A program made the translations under genes and the position numbers. Below the pieces are notes generated by a model. It was not told the DNA's origin. It saw only the letters and a list, made by a program, of their open reading frames with translations, and made no database searches. A stretch of 55,321 nt of DNA from a virus. Taxonomy: Duplodnaviria > Caudoviricetes. The stretch is from positions 1 to 55,321 of the IMG/VR virus record IMGVR_UViG_3300025000_000129. One strand, 5' to 3'. How positions within the stretch are numbered: the first letter of the stretch is position 1; each line of letters opens with the position of its first letter. Positions 1 to 9,160 of this stretch are shown piece by piece.

Positions 1-42
1 GTTACCCTAGATGGTGCAAAAGTCGCTGACCGGGGGGGTATG
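1..42 (-). other. Probable cos region (joins to 55270-55321)
   Basis: Non-coding GC-rich tract (minus strand CCCCCCCGG...GGGTAAC|GGTAGGAAG across the window junction), lying between the HNH-side genes and TerS as in HK97-type cos phages. Confidence 0.55.
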
Positions 43-411
43 TCACTTCATGATCCTCTTGGCATCATCACACAGCAGCCTGATCTCTTCAGCAAGCTTT
101 ACAGCGTCCTCAATACGCTGTTCAGGTTTCAGCGCTTTGCCAGCTGTATTTTCCTCTTGAAGCTTCTCAAGCACTTCAATCTGTTTATTTAATACTTCTT
201 TGTAGTCCATACCTAGCACCTTCCCTTTATTTATTTGTCTACGATATTTTATTATCTCTGCCTCAGTTGCCTCTCCAATTGGAGCTACTGGTCCATGGCA
301 TTCAGGACAATTCAACCCATCTTTATTGCCTATCAATACATGACCGCAGTCCATACATTTGAACTTACAGTATTTCATACCTTCATCCTCCATACTTCTC
401 AAACCACTCAT
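43..411 (-). CDS. Hypothetical protein with N-terminal Zn-ribbon (CxxC...CxxC); an internal RBS+ATG at ~210 suggests a second start
   Basis: ORF track; CMDC/CPEC motifs. Confidence 0.6.
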   Translation of the reverse strand: MSGLRSMEDEGMKYCKFKCMDCGHVLIGNKDGLNCPECHGPVAPIGEATEAEIIKYRRQINKGKVLGMDYKEVLNKQIEVLEKLQEENTAGKALKPEQRIEDAVKLAEEIRLLCDDAKRIMK

Positions 412-1072
412 CTATGTACTTACGCCATTCATCCTTCCTATATCGTCTATCCTCATCAGCCTCAAGCCGCTGCAAACATGTTTCCTTGCTCACATCGCAG
501 AACACCAACTCAGCCCCCAGATCATCCGCCAACCTCTCACGCTTGTACCTATCAGCATAGCCGCCAATAACCCAAGCACTGTTCCACTTGCCATATCGTG
601 TCTTGATATTATCTATCAGCAGATTGTGTATGCCTCTTACATTGCCTAACAGACAGTCAGGCTTATCATAGTCAGGCAGTCCAGATACAGCGGCATATAA
701 CTTATCCATATCAACCATGATGTCGCCTCGGCTAATCCGTTGTCTCACATAAGATGTCTTGCCAGATAAAGGTGGACCGAACACAATACAGACGCCCTTT
801 ACGCTGTGATGTCCGAACCTATTATGTATAGCATCATGGCAGTCATGGCATGCAAGCAATACATTATCAGGATTGAGGCTTATCATAGTATCGTGTACAT
901 TCTCAGGAGTTAACTCGATCTTATGATGGCCAATGATATCCAAGTGGTTGGCAATCAGCCTTCCGCACTTCTGGCAATAAGGACCGCGTTCAGCGATAAG
1001 AGATAATCGGAAGTTAATCCACAAATCACTTGCGTAAAATGTATTTAAAATACTATATCGCGCCATCACCAA
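383..1072 (-). CDS. HNH endonuclease fused to a P-loop (kinase/AAA-like) domain, terminase-associated
   Basis: CQKC...HH...N...CHDCH HNH motif followed by GPPLSGKT Walker A. Confidence 0.85.
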   Translation of the reverse strand: MVMARYSILNTFYASDLWINFRLSLIAERGPYCQKCGRLIANHLDIIGHHKIELTPENVHDTMISLNPDNVLLACHDCHDAIHNRFGHHSVKGVCIVFGPPLSGKTSYVRQRISRGDIMVDMDKLYAAVSGLPDYDKPDCLLGNVRGIHNLLIDNIKTRYGKWNSAWVIGGYADRYKRERLADDLGAELVFCDVSKETCLQRLEADEDRRYRKDEWRKYIDEWFEKYGG

Positions 1073-1863
1073 TTCCTCGTTTCATCCTGCTTTTTTTGGT
1101 GCTGGAAGCGGTCCTGCTCCAACTGTAGTTTCTTATTATCAAACTCTCTGCGGTACTTATTATCAGGATTCATGTCAAAATATTTAGCAAGGAAGTCAAG
1201 TGCCTTCTGTCTATCCTCCAGCTTAATCTTTGTGCCTTGCCTATTACTGCTTATCTCGCAGATAAGCCCACCGTCAACAACCTTGCTCTCCTTAAACACT
1301 ATGCCGTTTTCCTTGGTCATTACAATATTGCCGTCAATATTTTTGACAACCTCACCGTCTGACATAAGAGGCACATCATAACTTCCGAATGACATGAAGT
1401 CTGTCATATCTGCAAAGGCAATGCGCATGTAACGTTCCAATATGTCATCCTCGTTGAGCATTATGGATTCAGCTTTTAATTTCCGCAGTTTGTCAATCTC
1501 TGCCTTAACCTTGGCATTAACTAGCAGCTTTGAACCGTTTACGCTTGCTGTGTCGTAACTTCCCCCATATGCCTTGAGGTATGCCTGAGTTGCGTTTCTA
1601 TTGTTAACCCAGTAAAGGCAAAAAAGCTTTTGTTTCTCATTAAGCTCATCATTTTTCATAACTGATTCAATTATCTTTTTATCTACTGCTTCCGCTTTCC
1701 GTTTTGCCGGTTTCTTCTTTGCCGGTTTGCCGGTTTCCGCTTTTCCGTTTTTCTTAATACCCCAGTTCCTTAAAGTTCTATCTGATACCCCAACCTTTGA
1801 GGCGATGTCTTTTAATTTCATGCCCTGCTTCTGTAACTTTAATGCTTGCTCTCTTTGATCCAC
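1066..1863 (-). CDS. Terminase small subunit-like protein (SPP1 G1P/Terminase_2 type) with extra N-terminal HTH
   Basis: LNEKQKLFCLYW..NATQAYLKAY signature; N-terminal HTH (LKDIASKVGVSDRTLRNW). Confidence 0.8.
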   Translation of the reverse strand: MDQREQALKLQKQGMKLKDIASKVGVSDRTLRNWGIKKNGKAETGKPAKKKPAKRKAEAVDKKIIESVMKNDELNEKQKLFCLYWVNNRNATQAYLKAYGGSYDTASVNGSKLLVNAKVKAEIDKLRKLKAESIMLNEDDILERYMRIAFADMTDFMSFGSYDVPLMSDGEVVKNIDGNIVMTKENGIVFKESKVVDGGLICEISSNRQGTKIKLEDRQKALDFLAKYFDMNPDNKYRREFDNKKLQLEQDRFQHQKKQDETRNW

Positions 1864-2086
1864 ATCACCACCTCATTTATTGGACTGTAACTTTTTAAGG
1901 CAGCAGTAGAGCCCGGACATTCTTCGCGAGTGCCGGGCTCAATAAAATTGTGTGCTGCCTGATAAATTATTATAGGAGGATTGAAACTGCAAAAGAAAAG
2001 AACCGCTCGGATGAACGGTTTTTGCATAACTGTATCAACTATACACAGTATAACATATATGTATGTCGCATTACTGACATCTTTTA

Positions 2087-2530
2087 CTAAACCCTTAACC
2101 CTCTTTCCCTTGCAACCATCTTCCTTGCCTGTGCTAACCACCGGTATATCTGCCTATCTGAAGCCGGTATGTGGATTTCCGCTTGATGTACCCTGTCTTG
2201 TATGTCGCCCCGTTCAATGTCTTTCCAGCAATCCTTAAAGTATACCATCTCAATAGCCTGCAGGATGCTCTTATGCTCACATACATCCAGTGCATACAGT
2301 ACCTTGTCCACAGCCTCGATGTCTGCTAGTTCGGCGGCGTGCTCAGATATAACCTCTTCTTTTTTGATCAATTCCGATTCTGTCGGGCTGCATACACCTG
2401 AGCCTTTTGTGCGCTGCATATCCTCAATGAGATTCTTTATGTATTTATTTCTGCCACCTGACTTGGCGTAGAAACGGAAACATTCAGTGGTATAGTCTCT
2501 TATGTTGTCTTTTTTCATATGTGCCGTCAC
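2087..2530 (-). CDS. ArpU/RinA-like late transcriptional activator
   Basis: C-terminal sigma-region-4-like HTH (SDRQIYRWLAQAR); position at the end of the early operon, upstream of packaging genes. Confidence 0.65.
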   Translation of the reverse strand: MTAHMKKDNIRDYTTECFRFYAKSGGRNKYIKNLIEDMQRTKGSGVCSPTESELIKKEEVISEHAAELADIEAVDKVLYALDVCEHKSILQAIEMVYFKDCWKDIERGDIQDRVHQAEIHIPASDRQIYRWLAQARKMVARERGLRV

Positions 2531-2531
2531 C

Positions 2532-2843
2532 TCACTCTTTCGGATACCATGAAATTTCTAACTTGTCACTTGAAATTCCCGTTTCAAAACTTACCTTAAA
2601 ACCTTGTTCATTAAGTTCCTGCTCAAAAGCTTTTATATCTGCATAATTGCAATTCTCGGGAAACCTGTATTCTATCCGGTAACTGCCTTTATCTGCTGCG
2701 GTGCTTATTGCAAGATATGTTTTTTCTTTCGCTTCTTCAAATAGTTTATCCCTTGCCTCGCTTGCTTTTTTGATTGCCTGTTCTTTCGATATCTTGAAAT
2801 TCTCTATCAGCGGAAATGGTATACCGTGTTCTGTTTTGTTCAT
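2532..2843 (-). CDS. Hypothetical phage protein
   Basis: ORF track; RBS before MNKTEHG. Confidence 0.6.
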   Translation of the reverse strand: MNKTEHGIPFPLIENFKISKEQAIKKASEARDKLFEEAKEKTYLAISTAADKGSYRIEYRFPENCNYADIKAFEQELNEQGFKVSFETGISSDKLEISWYPKE

Positions 2844-2874
2844 TAGCGCCTCACCTTCCCCTCTTATCCTCTGT

Positions 2875-3138
2875 TTAATTGTCAAATACACTATCTCCCC
2901 AGTGCTGAAATATTACTTGTTGTAATGCTGCCGAAAATTCTTTCAACTTCTCCCATTGGTTAGGGTTATACTTTTTTAAATAGTCTCTGTGATTGTTCTG
3001 GAAAACAAGTTCATTTTGTGCTTCCAAGATTTTTGCATATTCCATCTTTGACAACTTTTCAGGCTTTTGAGATAAATTGAAGAACCCATTTTGAGGTTTA
3101 TAATTTGATATGATCGCTTCTGCTTCTTTGTTTGTCAT
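2875..3138 (-). CDS. Hypothetical protein
   Basis: ORF track with RBS; flanked by imperfect direct repeats. Confidence 0.65.
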   Translation of the reverse strand: MTNKEAEAIISNYKPQNGFFNLSQKPEKLSKMEYAKILEAQNELVFQNNHRDYLKKYNPNQWEKLKEFSAALQQVIFQHWGDSVFDN

Positions 3139-3155
3139 TACCTTTTGCTCCCCTT

Positions 3156-3476
3156 TTATCCTCTGTAATTGTGCAATTCATCAACAATAACCGTGCTAAT
3201 AATATTAACCCTGCCCTTACTTATCCTTGCCACCGTCTCAACTCCGTAATCCCTGCCGTTTGACAAGTCCACACCTATGATTAACTTGCTGTATACCTTC
3301 TTCAAATCTTTGAACGGCTTATAACGCTTGCTGTGACAGGCTCGCAGGATTCTGTCGAGCATCATGTATTTTCCATTTCGCCTGCTGGAATATAAAAGAT
3401 GCTTATTGAGGAATTTAAACCGTTCATGTATGTTTTTGGCTCTCTTTTTCTTTTGGCGTTTGTTCAAATTTCTCAC
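3156..3476 (-). CDS. Hypothetical basic protein
   Basis: ORF track; GAGGGG RBS at the GTG start. Confidence 0.6.
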   Translation of the reverse strand: MRNLNKRQKKKRAKNIHERFKFLNKHLLYSSRRNGKYMMLDRILRACHSKRYKPFKDLKKVYSKLIIGVDLSNGRDYGVETVARISKGRVNIISTVIVDELHNYRG

Positions 3477-3491
3477 CCCTCTTATCGTTTG

Positions 3492-3515
3492 TTTGGAATA
3501 TCTTGTTATTGCGAA
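3492..3515 (-). repeat. Putative recombinase site, 3' class: TTCGCAAT-AACAAGAT-ATTCCAAA
   Basis: Starts immediately after the TAA of 3516..3653; imperfect inverted arms around an 8-bp spacer. Confidence 0.7.
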
Positions 3516-3653
3516 TTAAAAATCGCCCTCTATAATCGCTTGTTCTCTGTCAAATTTATGTTCACAATCCTCACAAACAAAAAGTTCCTCATCACTATCA
3601 CTAACAAAACAAACACTTTCGCTCGAGCATTTGGGGCATATAACTTTAAGCAT
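3516..3653 (-). CDS. Small Zn-ribbon protein (cassette A1)
   Basis: MLKVICPKC...CEDC with GGAG RBS; trimmed from ORF 3516..3731. Confidence 0.6.
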   Translation of the reverse strand: MLKVICPKCSSESVCFVSDSDEELFVCEDCEHKFDREQAIIEGDF

Positions 3654-3825
3654 TTCTTTTATCTCCTTCACATATTTTTTTTTCAAACTTATCGCAAGCC
3701 ATTGTTTTCTTACAAACCTTGTAATATCCACTGTCTTTACATGTACACTTCAATATTTCTTCAAAAACGATTGATGAATACTGAACTGCATGCTTGCATT
3801 CACCGCACTTACTATGGTTTGACAT
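3646..3825 (-). CDS. Small Cys-rich protein, 59 aa, not in ORF track (cassette A1)
   Basis: Read manually: MSNHSKCGECKHAVQ...CDKFEKKICEGDKRNA; AGGAAG RBS. Confidence 0.55.
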   Translation of the reverse strand: MSNHSKCGECKHAVQYSSIVFEEILKCTCKDSGYYKVCKKTMACDKFEKKICEGDKRNA

Positions 3826-3837
3826 GTTGTCTCTTCC

Positions 3838-3877
3838 TTCGCATAATTTTATAAATGGTCTTTCCTTTTATTGCGCA
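3838..3877 (-). repeat. Compound putative recombinase site (3' site TGCGCAAT-AAAAGGAA-AGACCATT sharing an arm with 5' site AGACCATT-TATAAAAT-TATGCGAA)
   Basis: Fills the gap between the stop of 3879..4241 and the RBS of the next gene. Confidence 0.6.
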
Positions 3878-3878
3878 A

Positions 3879-4241
3879 TCAGGCATATGGCTGAATACTC
3901 ACAGTAATAACCTTTTCCCATTCGTAGGCATCAACTTTTGCTTTCGCCAATATATCAAGATTAACTTCATCGGAACAGCTACCTTCTCGCACTATCTCAT
4001 CCATTGCCTCTTCAACCAGTTCGTCATAGTCATTTGACTTACTGTACATACGTTCCCCGCCTTCATAGCACCATATTTCATTTATCTCTGGCATTCCCCA
4101 GCTTGCTATCCAGTAGCTAAAATCATCACTTGAAATACACTCGGTATCAACCATTGGCATAATCCTCAAATCTGGATTTGCCTGTACTAACTCAATAAAC
4201 TTTTTTATGTTTTCCTGTTGAACTTCCATTTCAGTTCTCAT
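3879..4241 (-). CDS. Hypothetical acidic phage protein (cassette A2)
   Basis: ORF track, RBS GGGAG. Confidence 0.75.
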   Translation of the reverse strand: MRTEMEVQQENIKKFIELVQANPDLRIMPMVDTECISSDDFSYWIASWGMPEINEIWCYEGGERMYSKSNDYDELVEEAMDEIVREGSCSDEVNLDILAKAKVDAYEWEKVITVSIQPYA

Positions 4242-4260
4242 AAATATACTCCCTTCATTC

Positions 4261-4284
4261 TTCGTATTGTTTATAAAGTTTGAA
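4261..4284 (-). repeat. Putative recombinase site, 5' class: TTCAAACT-TTATAAAC-AATACGAA
   Basis: Just upstream of the RBS of 3879..4241; inverted arms, TTATAAAn spacer. Confidence 0.65.
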
Positions 4285-4288
4285 CCTG

Positions 4289-5257
4289 TTATGCTGTTTC
4301 CTTTGCCTTGATTACCCTGTCAAGATACCACTGGGCTTTGCGAAGATCCTCAAGTCCGCCTTTATAACGATACCTGGATAAATACTTAAGCGCATTACCT
4401 ACGCAGAATCCCTCGAACATTTCTGTCGGCATTTTGTCCTGCAGGTAATCAATAACCTCTATTGTGCCTGTGGTATAATGCTTTGGATGATTAATGTTAT
4501 CAGCAGCTACCATCTCCATCATCTCGTCAACCTCAGCAGCTGTGTCGATCTTCTTTATTGATTCCTTGGCCTTTTGAACGACAGCTTCATTTGCTACACC
4601 TGCAATACCTGCAATCTCTGGATATTCCTCTGTTTCAATAACCGTTTCCACATGCTCTTCGTGGCTGTTGATGTCAGAAATCGCAAATTCATCCGCAATC
4701 ACTATATCCGTATTTGTTCCAATTAACTTTTCCTTCTTCACACCCTGTTTCTTCCCATTCAGCAACATTGTCACCTTTGCCATAATCATGCTCATTTTCA
4801 TTGCCGGATACGATTCTGCAAACTGTTCCGCTATCTCTTTTACCGTCATCCCTCTGCCCGTCATTTCCTTTACCGCTTCTTTCGTCATCTTACTCATTTC
4901 TTCACCCTCACCTTTCTTCTTCATCAAGTTTCTATAACAGGCAGCTCCCGTGCCTTTCCTGTACTCTTCCATACTGCAGCTTGTCTCTTCCCGTTCAACC
5001 TTCATCACGTCCACCATCGGCTTAAACCGTATTTCTATACTATCTTCCAACTGCAATCTATACCTGCGTTGCCTCAGGTCGATAATGTTTATTGTTTCAA
5101 TGTATCCGGTGTCCTTCCGCAGTCTGAGCATACGATCAGTGATTGCTTCCACAGAGAAGAGACCTATTCTTCGATAGCCACCGGGTTTACTTGTGGTACC
5201 TTTTTTGAATTTTAAAAGAAAAACCTTCGTTCCAACCTGTAAATCATTAGCGTTCAA
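4289..5257 (-). CDS. Protein with C-terminal DUF3310 (SaV-like) domain
   Basis: DNINHPKHYT.G.IEVIDY...GNALKYLSRY..KGG.EDL.KA.WYL signature; a possible internal start at MSKMTKE. Confidence 0.8.
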   Translation of the reverse strand: MNANDLQVGTKVFLLKFKKGTTSKPGGYRRIGLFSVEAITDRMLRLRKDTGYIETINIIDLRQRRYRLQLEDSIEIRFKPMVDVMKVEREETSCSMEEYRKGTGAACYRNLMKKKGEGEEMSKMTKEAVKEMTGRGMTVKEIAEQFAESYPAMKMSMIMAKVTMLLNGKKQGVKKEKLIGTNTDIVIADEFAISDINSHEEHVETVIETEEYPEIAGIAGVANEAVVQKAKESIKKIDTAAEVDEMMEMVAADNINHPKHYTTGTIEVIDYLQDKMPTEMFEGFCVGNALKYLSRYRYKGGLEDLRKAQWYLDRVIKAKETA

Positions 5258-5292
5258 TAAAATTCACCTCACTTTTGTACATTTAATCTCAC

Positions 5293-5745
5293 CTAAAATC
5301 TTGCTTGCCGCGCTTTGGTTATAGCCTTGTTAAATCTGTTTAACGAAAGCATCGGCATTATACATTGTGCCTGAATGTATGCATTGTTAAAATCCGGGCC
5401 TTCAGCGTCACATTTATGCTTTGCATACTCCAAGCCACTAAATATTAAACACCCCTTTGCGTCGCCTGGAGGGTTGTTGTCTAAATATCTAGCTTTTTCA
5501 ATACCAGTTTCGTCTTTTTCCAAACTGCCTTTTATTTCCACGTACCATTGTCGTTCAGGAAGATAAAAGTCTGGCAAATACCACCCGTATTCACCTAAAT
5601 CATAACCTTCAGGCTCGTACTCATATTCAATATTCAGTTCATCAAACAATACTGCCCATCTTGCTTCCAATCTGCTCCTAAAAAGATAACCATTGTACTG
5701 CGTTTGAATTGGTTTGATATCCATGCCCGTTTTCCTCTCTTTCAA
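5293..5745 (-). CDS. PD-(D/E)XK nuclease-family phage protein
   Basis: Y.GY.FRSRLEARWA..F...YEYEPEG...YLPDFYL...VEIKG. Confidence 0.8.
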   Translation of the reverse strand: MKERKTGMDIKPIQTQYNGYLFRSRLEARWAVLFDELNIEYEYEPEGYDLGEYGWYLPDFYLPERQWYVEIKGSLEKDETGIEKARYLDNNPPGDAKGCLIFSGLEYAKHKCDAEGPDFNNAYIQAQCIMPMLSLNRFNKAITKARQARF

Positions 5746-5750
5746 AATTT

Positions 5751-5957
5751 AGCTGTCACTCACCTCTAAGCCTTGATATATCTATCTTTAAACACTATTA
5801 TTTATTTCTTTGTGACAGCTGTGACAGCTAAAAGTAAAGAATACTATAGAAAGTAATATATAGGAAAAACTTTGAGATTAGGTGTCACAGCTGTCACTTT
5901 GTCTTAAATAAACTGCCCGAAGAGCCTGCCACAACCACATTACGAATGGTGACAGCT
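5751..5957. repeat. Putative replication origin with GTGACAGCT iterons in both orientations around AT-rich spacers
   Basis: AGCTGTCAC 5751 and 5889; GTGACAGCT 5812, 5821 and 5949; partial GGTGTCAC 5881; non-coding and downstream of the primase-helicase. Confidence 0.75.
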
Positions 5958-5961
5958 GAAT

Positions 5962-6330
5962 TCATTTCCAATCTGCAAATATGTTATGCATCAATGTTTC
6001 TCTGTTCATTTTTGGTTTGTATTTCTTAATTAATTTTAATTCATACTGACCATTTGTTAAGTTGCATGGTATTGCATTACAGTCAATAAACGAAAACCAT
6101 GAAACCGTACTGATAAAATCTTTTGTCTGAGGTTCTGTTCGACGCCTATGCTGTTGTAATCGAAGCTTTATATCAATCGATTTCCCGATATAAAGCAATT
6201 CCTTATTCGAGCCAAATAGAAAATAAATACCGGACTTTTGCCCAATTTTCTTCAAATTCTCTTTGGTAAACTCGGTTGTTTTCAGACCAACCATAACATC
6301 ATCAATCTCTTTAGTAACCATACATTGCAC
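5962..6330 (-). CDS. GIY-YIG nuclease domain protein
   Basis: SGIYFLF...LLYIGKS.DI..RL.QH...E..LI....P.MN. Confidence 0.85.
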   Translation of the reverse strand: MQCMVTKEIDDVMVGLKTTEFTKENLKKIGQKSGIYFLFGSNKELLYIGKSIDIKLRLQQHRRRTEPQTKDFISTVSWFSFIDCNAIPCNLTNGQYELKLIKKYKPKMNRETLMHNIFADWK

Positions 6331-6334
6331 TCCT

Positions 6335-8836
6335 TTATAATTTTGACCTCGTATATTTATCTAAGCCATCATCATCAATCCCATCGAGCACACTGCCTTG
6401 AGATGATTCGTATTTGTATTTGCTTGACCTATATTTACTGAAGCTGGCTGTGCTGGAATTTTCAATTAACCTTAACCCCCTCCACACACTCCCGCTGTTG
6501 GTGCGTTTTTTTTCAAATCCTTTCAGTGCTAATTCATCTGCAAAGTCTCTTGATCTCCTGACATAGCTTTCATTATTTGCAGCACACCAATTCTTGTAAG
6601 ACTCGAACAGATTTCCCCCTGTTTCCTCATACTCTCCCATTTCGCAGCATTCAAGAATAAAATTGCTTATCCAGTCCTCAGCATTTTTATACATATCTGT
6701 GGCTGTCTTGACAGATTCAGGTGCTATAATATTACAGCCGTTCGCAATGTATTTACTTGCCCCATCCACAATCCAGGAAAGAATAGCGTCACCATCTTCA
6801 TTGAATAGCACACTGGCATAATCTTTAATTTCTTTCTTACCATCGAATACTGCTTTGAATGGCACCACCGCAATTCTTCTCCAAGTACCTGCATCGGTAC
6901 TACCAACTTTAGGCAAATGATTTGTGGCGAAAATGAGCGTATGCCCGGGAATGAAGCTTCTCTGATTTTGATACATCTTTTTTTCAATTACCGGTGCCGT
7001 AGAAGACAATTTTTTAAGCACTTTAGAGGAAAGCCTTTTACCTTCCTCGCTTTCTTCAGCCCAAACAAATCTTTTGCCCTCAACGGAAATAGCGCCATTG
7101 CTCATTTGCTTACCATCTCGCTGCACCATTAAATCATCAGCATCTATGGTGCAGGCGTAATCTCCAAAAATTTTGTCCATACAGTTAAGAAAAGTTGTCT
7201 TGCCGTTCCTGCCTCCACCGTAGAATATACACATGCCTTCATAAAATACTTTTCCTATTGCCGCCATTCCGCACACCTGCTGAAAATAGTCTGCTAATTC
7301 ATCATCGTTACAGGTAATGTCCTTTAAAAATTGGTCAAACTTATTCATTGATTTCCCTGGAACATAGTTTGCATTAGCAATTTTGCTCATCTTATAGTTA
7401 GGATTGTGGGGTAATAATCGCTTTGTTCGAAGGTCGATTACGCCATTCTGGCAATTAAGCAAAAAGGCATCTGTATCTAGCTCGGATGCAGTTATTGGCA
7501 AATCTGACTTTGCAAGCTCTATCATAGCCTTTATACTCTTTTCGCTCTTGCCCTTGATGGTTTCTTTAAATTTTTGCTTTGCCATTTTTACCTGCTCTTC
7601 TCCTGCGGCATTTCCAACTTCCCTGGCGGCAATTGCAATCATTTCAGCGACGGTGTCTTTAGCCATGTTAACAACCTCCAACACTTCATCTGCTTTCCAG
7701 ATTTTTTGTTTCCACATCAGCCAGCTTTTTGTTTGAGCGCACCATAATAATTGACCTTTGTACTTTAAAGAAAACACCTTGCTTCGGCCTAGGTCACTGG
7801 TTGTATCCTCTGGAGGTTTTTCAACTACGCTACTAACAAGTGCATCAAGTCCATTATCAAATTCTGGTACTTCCTCCGGTATCTTATTTCTCCTTGGAAC
7901 GTGCGGAGTGTAAAAACTATTACACCCACTTATAGCCTCATCGATAGTCATTTGTGCATATGTTTTAGCGCCGCGTCTTTCGTCCCATTTTGGCCGCATC
8001 AGGCCTGATTGTCTGAACATCCTATCGATTGTAGTAAAGATCCCGCCAGAGTAAAATGCGAGCTTATTACAAAGTGATAGGTCTGCTTCGTTTTGTGATT
8101 TAAAGTAAGGCTTCCAGTTTCCATCAAACAAAGCACCAAATTTTGAACCTTCGTCTTCGTCCAAAATCTTATCAATTATTTCATCATCAGAAAGATAGCC
8201 TCCGCTAACAAAAACCGGCATTTCGTTAACGTTTTTAGTGGTTTTTGCATCGTTTTTGCCTGTTTTTTTAACATTTATGTACCTTTCGTGCACTGAAGCC
8301 AGTTCACCCGTCCGCTCCTCAATTGAGGTATGGGCATCATCCAGCGTATTCCCAGTTACAATAAAATACCTACCTGTGGAGTACATTTCCAAATCATCCT
8401 TGCGCCTGCCGCCCTCCGGTAGTTTGCCAGAGCAGATAATATGTATCCCGTTCCCGCTCTGACTATACTCTGTGTAGCTGTCCAGTGTGGCAATAATATC
8501 CTTCGCCCTCTCCGTCAGCTGCCCGTCTTCTCTGCAGTGATCTATGTCCACACCAACTATCCCATCACCGTTGAACATAAAGCCTATGCCGCAGACAGCA
8601 ATGTCCTTTATACTTCCCCTGACAGCTGCCTCAACTGCATCCTGATAAGTACCCCAGGTAGCAGGGTTATTGCTCATAGCCCTGCCACCAGTAGCGGGAT
8701 TAATCGGCATTTTTGCAGGATTATCAGGAGTCCCGTCCTTGTTAAAACGTTCCTCCCACCTCCAGCAAACCCACCTGTCCAACTCTTTTAATTCCCTTGG
8801 TATGTTGTCAAAGTTATTACGATTGTCAAAGTTCAT
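6335..8836 (-). CDS. Primase-polymerase / D5-like SF3 helicase (P4-family primase)
   Basis: N-terminal AEP motifs (GVDIDHC, EYSQSGNGIH), D5_N region, Walker A GGGRNGKTT, ATNHLP, WRR. Confidence 0.92.
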   Translation of the reverse strand: MNFDNRNNFDNIPRELKELDRWVCWRWEERFNKDGTPDNPAKMPINPATGGRAMSNNPATWGTYQDAVEAAVRGSIKDIAVCGIGFMFNGDGIVGVDIDHCREDGQLTERAKDIIATLDSYTEYSQSGNGIHIICSGKLPEGGRRKDDLEMYSTGRYFIVTGNTLDDAHTSIEERTGELASVHERYINVKKTGKNDAKTTKNVNEMPVFVSGGYLSDDEIIDKILDEDEGSKFGALFDGNWKPYFKSQNEADLSLCNKLAFYSGGIFTTIDRMFRQSGLMRPKWDERRGAKTYAQMTIDEAISGCNSFYTPHVPRRNKIPEEVPEFDNGLDALVSSVVEKPPEDTTSDLGRSKVFSLKYKGQLLWCAQTKSWLMWKQKIWKADEVLEVVNMAKDTVAEMIAIAAREVGNAAGEEQVKMAKQKFKETIKGKSEKSIKAMIELAKSDLPITASELDTDAFLLNCQNGVIDLRTKRLLPHNPNYKMSKIANANYVPGKSMNKFDQFLKDITCNDDELADYFQQVCGMAAIGKVFYEGMCIFYGGGRNGKTTFLNCMDKIFGDYACTIDADDLMVQRDGKQMSNGAISVEGKRFVWAEESEEGKRLSSKVLKKLSSTAPVIEKKMYQNQRSFIPGHTLIFATNHLPKVGSTDAGTWRRIAVVPFKAVFDGKKEIKDYASVLFNEDGDAILSWIVDGASKYIANGCNIIAPESVKTATDMYKNAEDWISNFILECCEMGEYEETGGNLFESYKNWCAANNESYVRRSRDFADELALKGFEKKRTNSGSVWRGLRLIENSSTASFSKYRSSKYKYESSQGSVLDGIDDDGLDKYTRSKL

Positions 8837-8857
8837 TTGTACGCCTCACCGCCCGCT

Positions 8858-9151
8858 CTAAAAAGGTATTTCCATGTGCTCCTTCAATTCTGCTTCCGTA
8901 GCCCCTGCCCGCTTAAGCAACTGCCAAACATCATTCAATGTCGCAAGTAGATTGAGATACATGGGTCCGTACTGCTCTTTTTGCTCTGCTGTTGCCGCAT
9001 CACTCTCCAACCAGTTCCCCATCTGTTCCTGCGTCCTTGCAAGCTCCGCTAACTTATCTAACGTGGCAAGCTTTTCATAGCCACCCAACTCAATCTTATA
9101 AGTATAATCATCTGCAACAACAACCTTGAAAACATGCTCCTGACCTGCCAT
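8858..9151 (-). CDS. Hypothetical protein
   Basis: ORF track, in operon between ssb and primase. Confidence 0.65.
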   Translation of the reverse strand: MAGQEHVFKVVVADDYTYKIELGGYEKLATLDKLAELARTQEQMGNWLESDAATAEQKEQYGPMYLNLLATLNDVWQLLKRAGATEAELKEHMEIPF

Positions 9152-9160
9152 AATTTACAC

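Noticed and set aside
1909-1940. Strong hairpin GAGCCCGG...CCGGGCTC in the late leader as a named ncRNA
   Set aside because: Single hairpin with no recognisable family features; cannot be distinguished from an attenuator or terminator by eye
5751-5957. CRISPR-like array
   Set aside because: Repeats are only 9 bp, irregularly spaced and in both orientations; this fits origin iterons, and no cas genes are present
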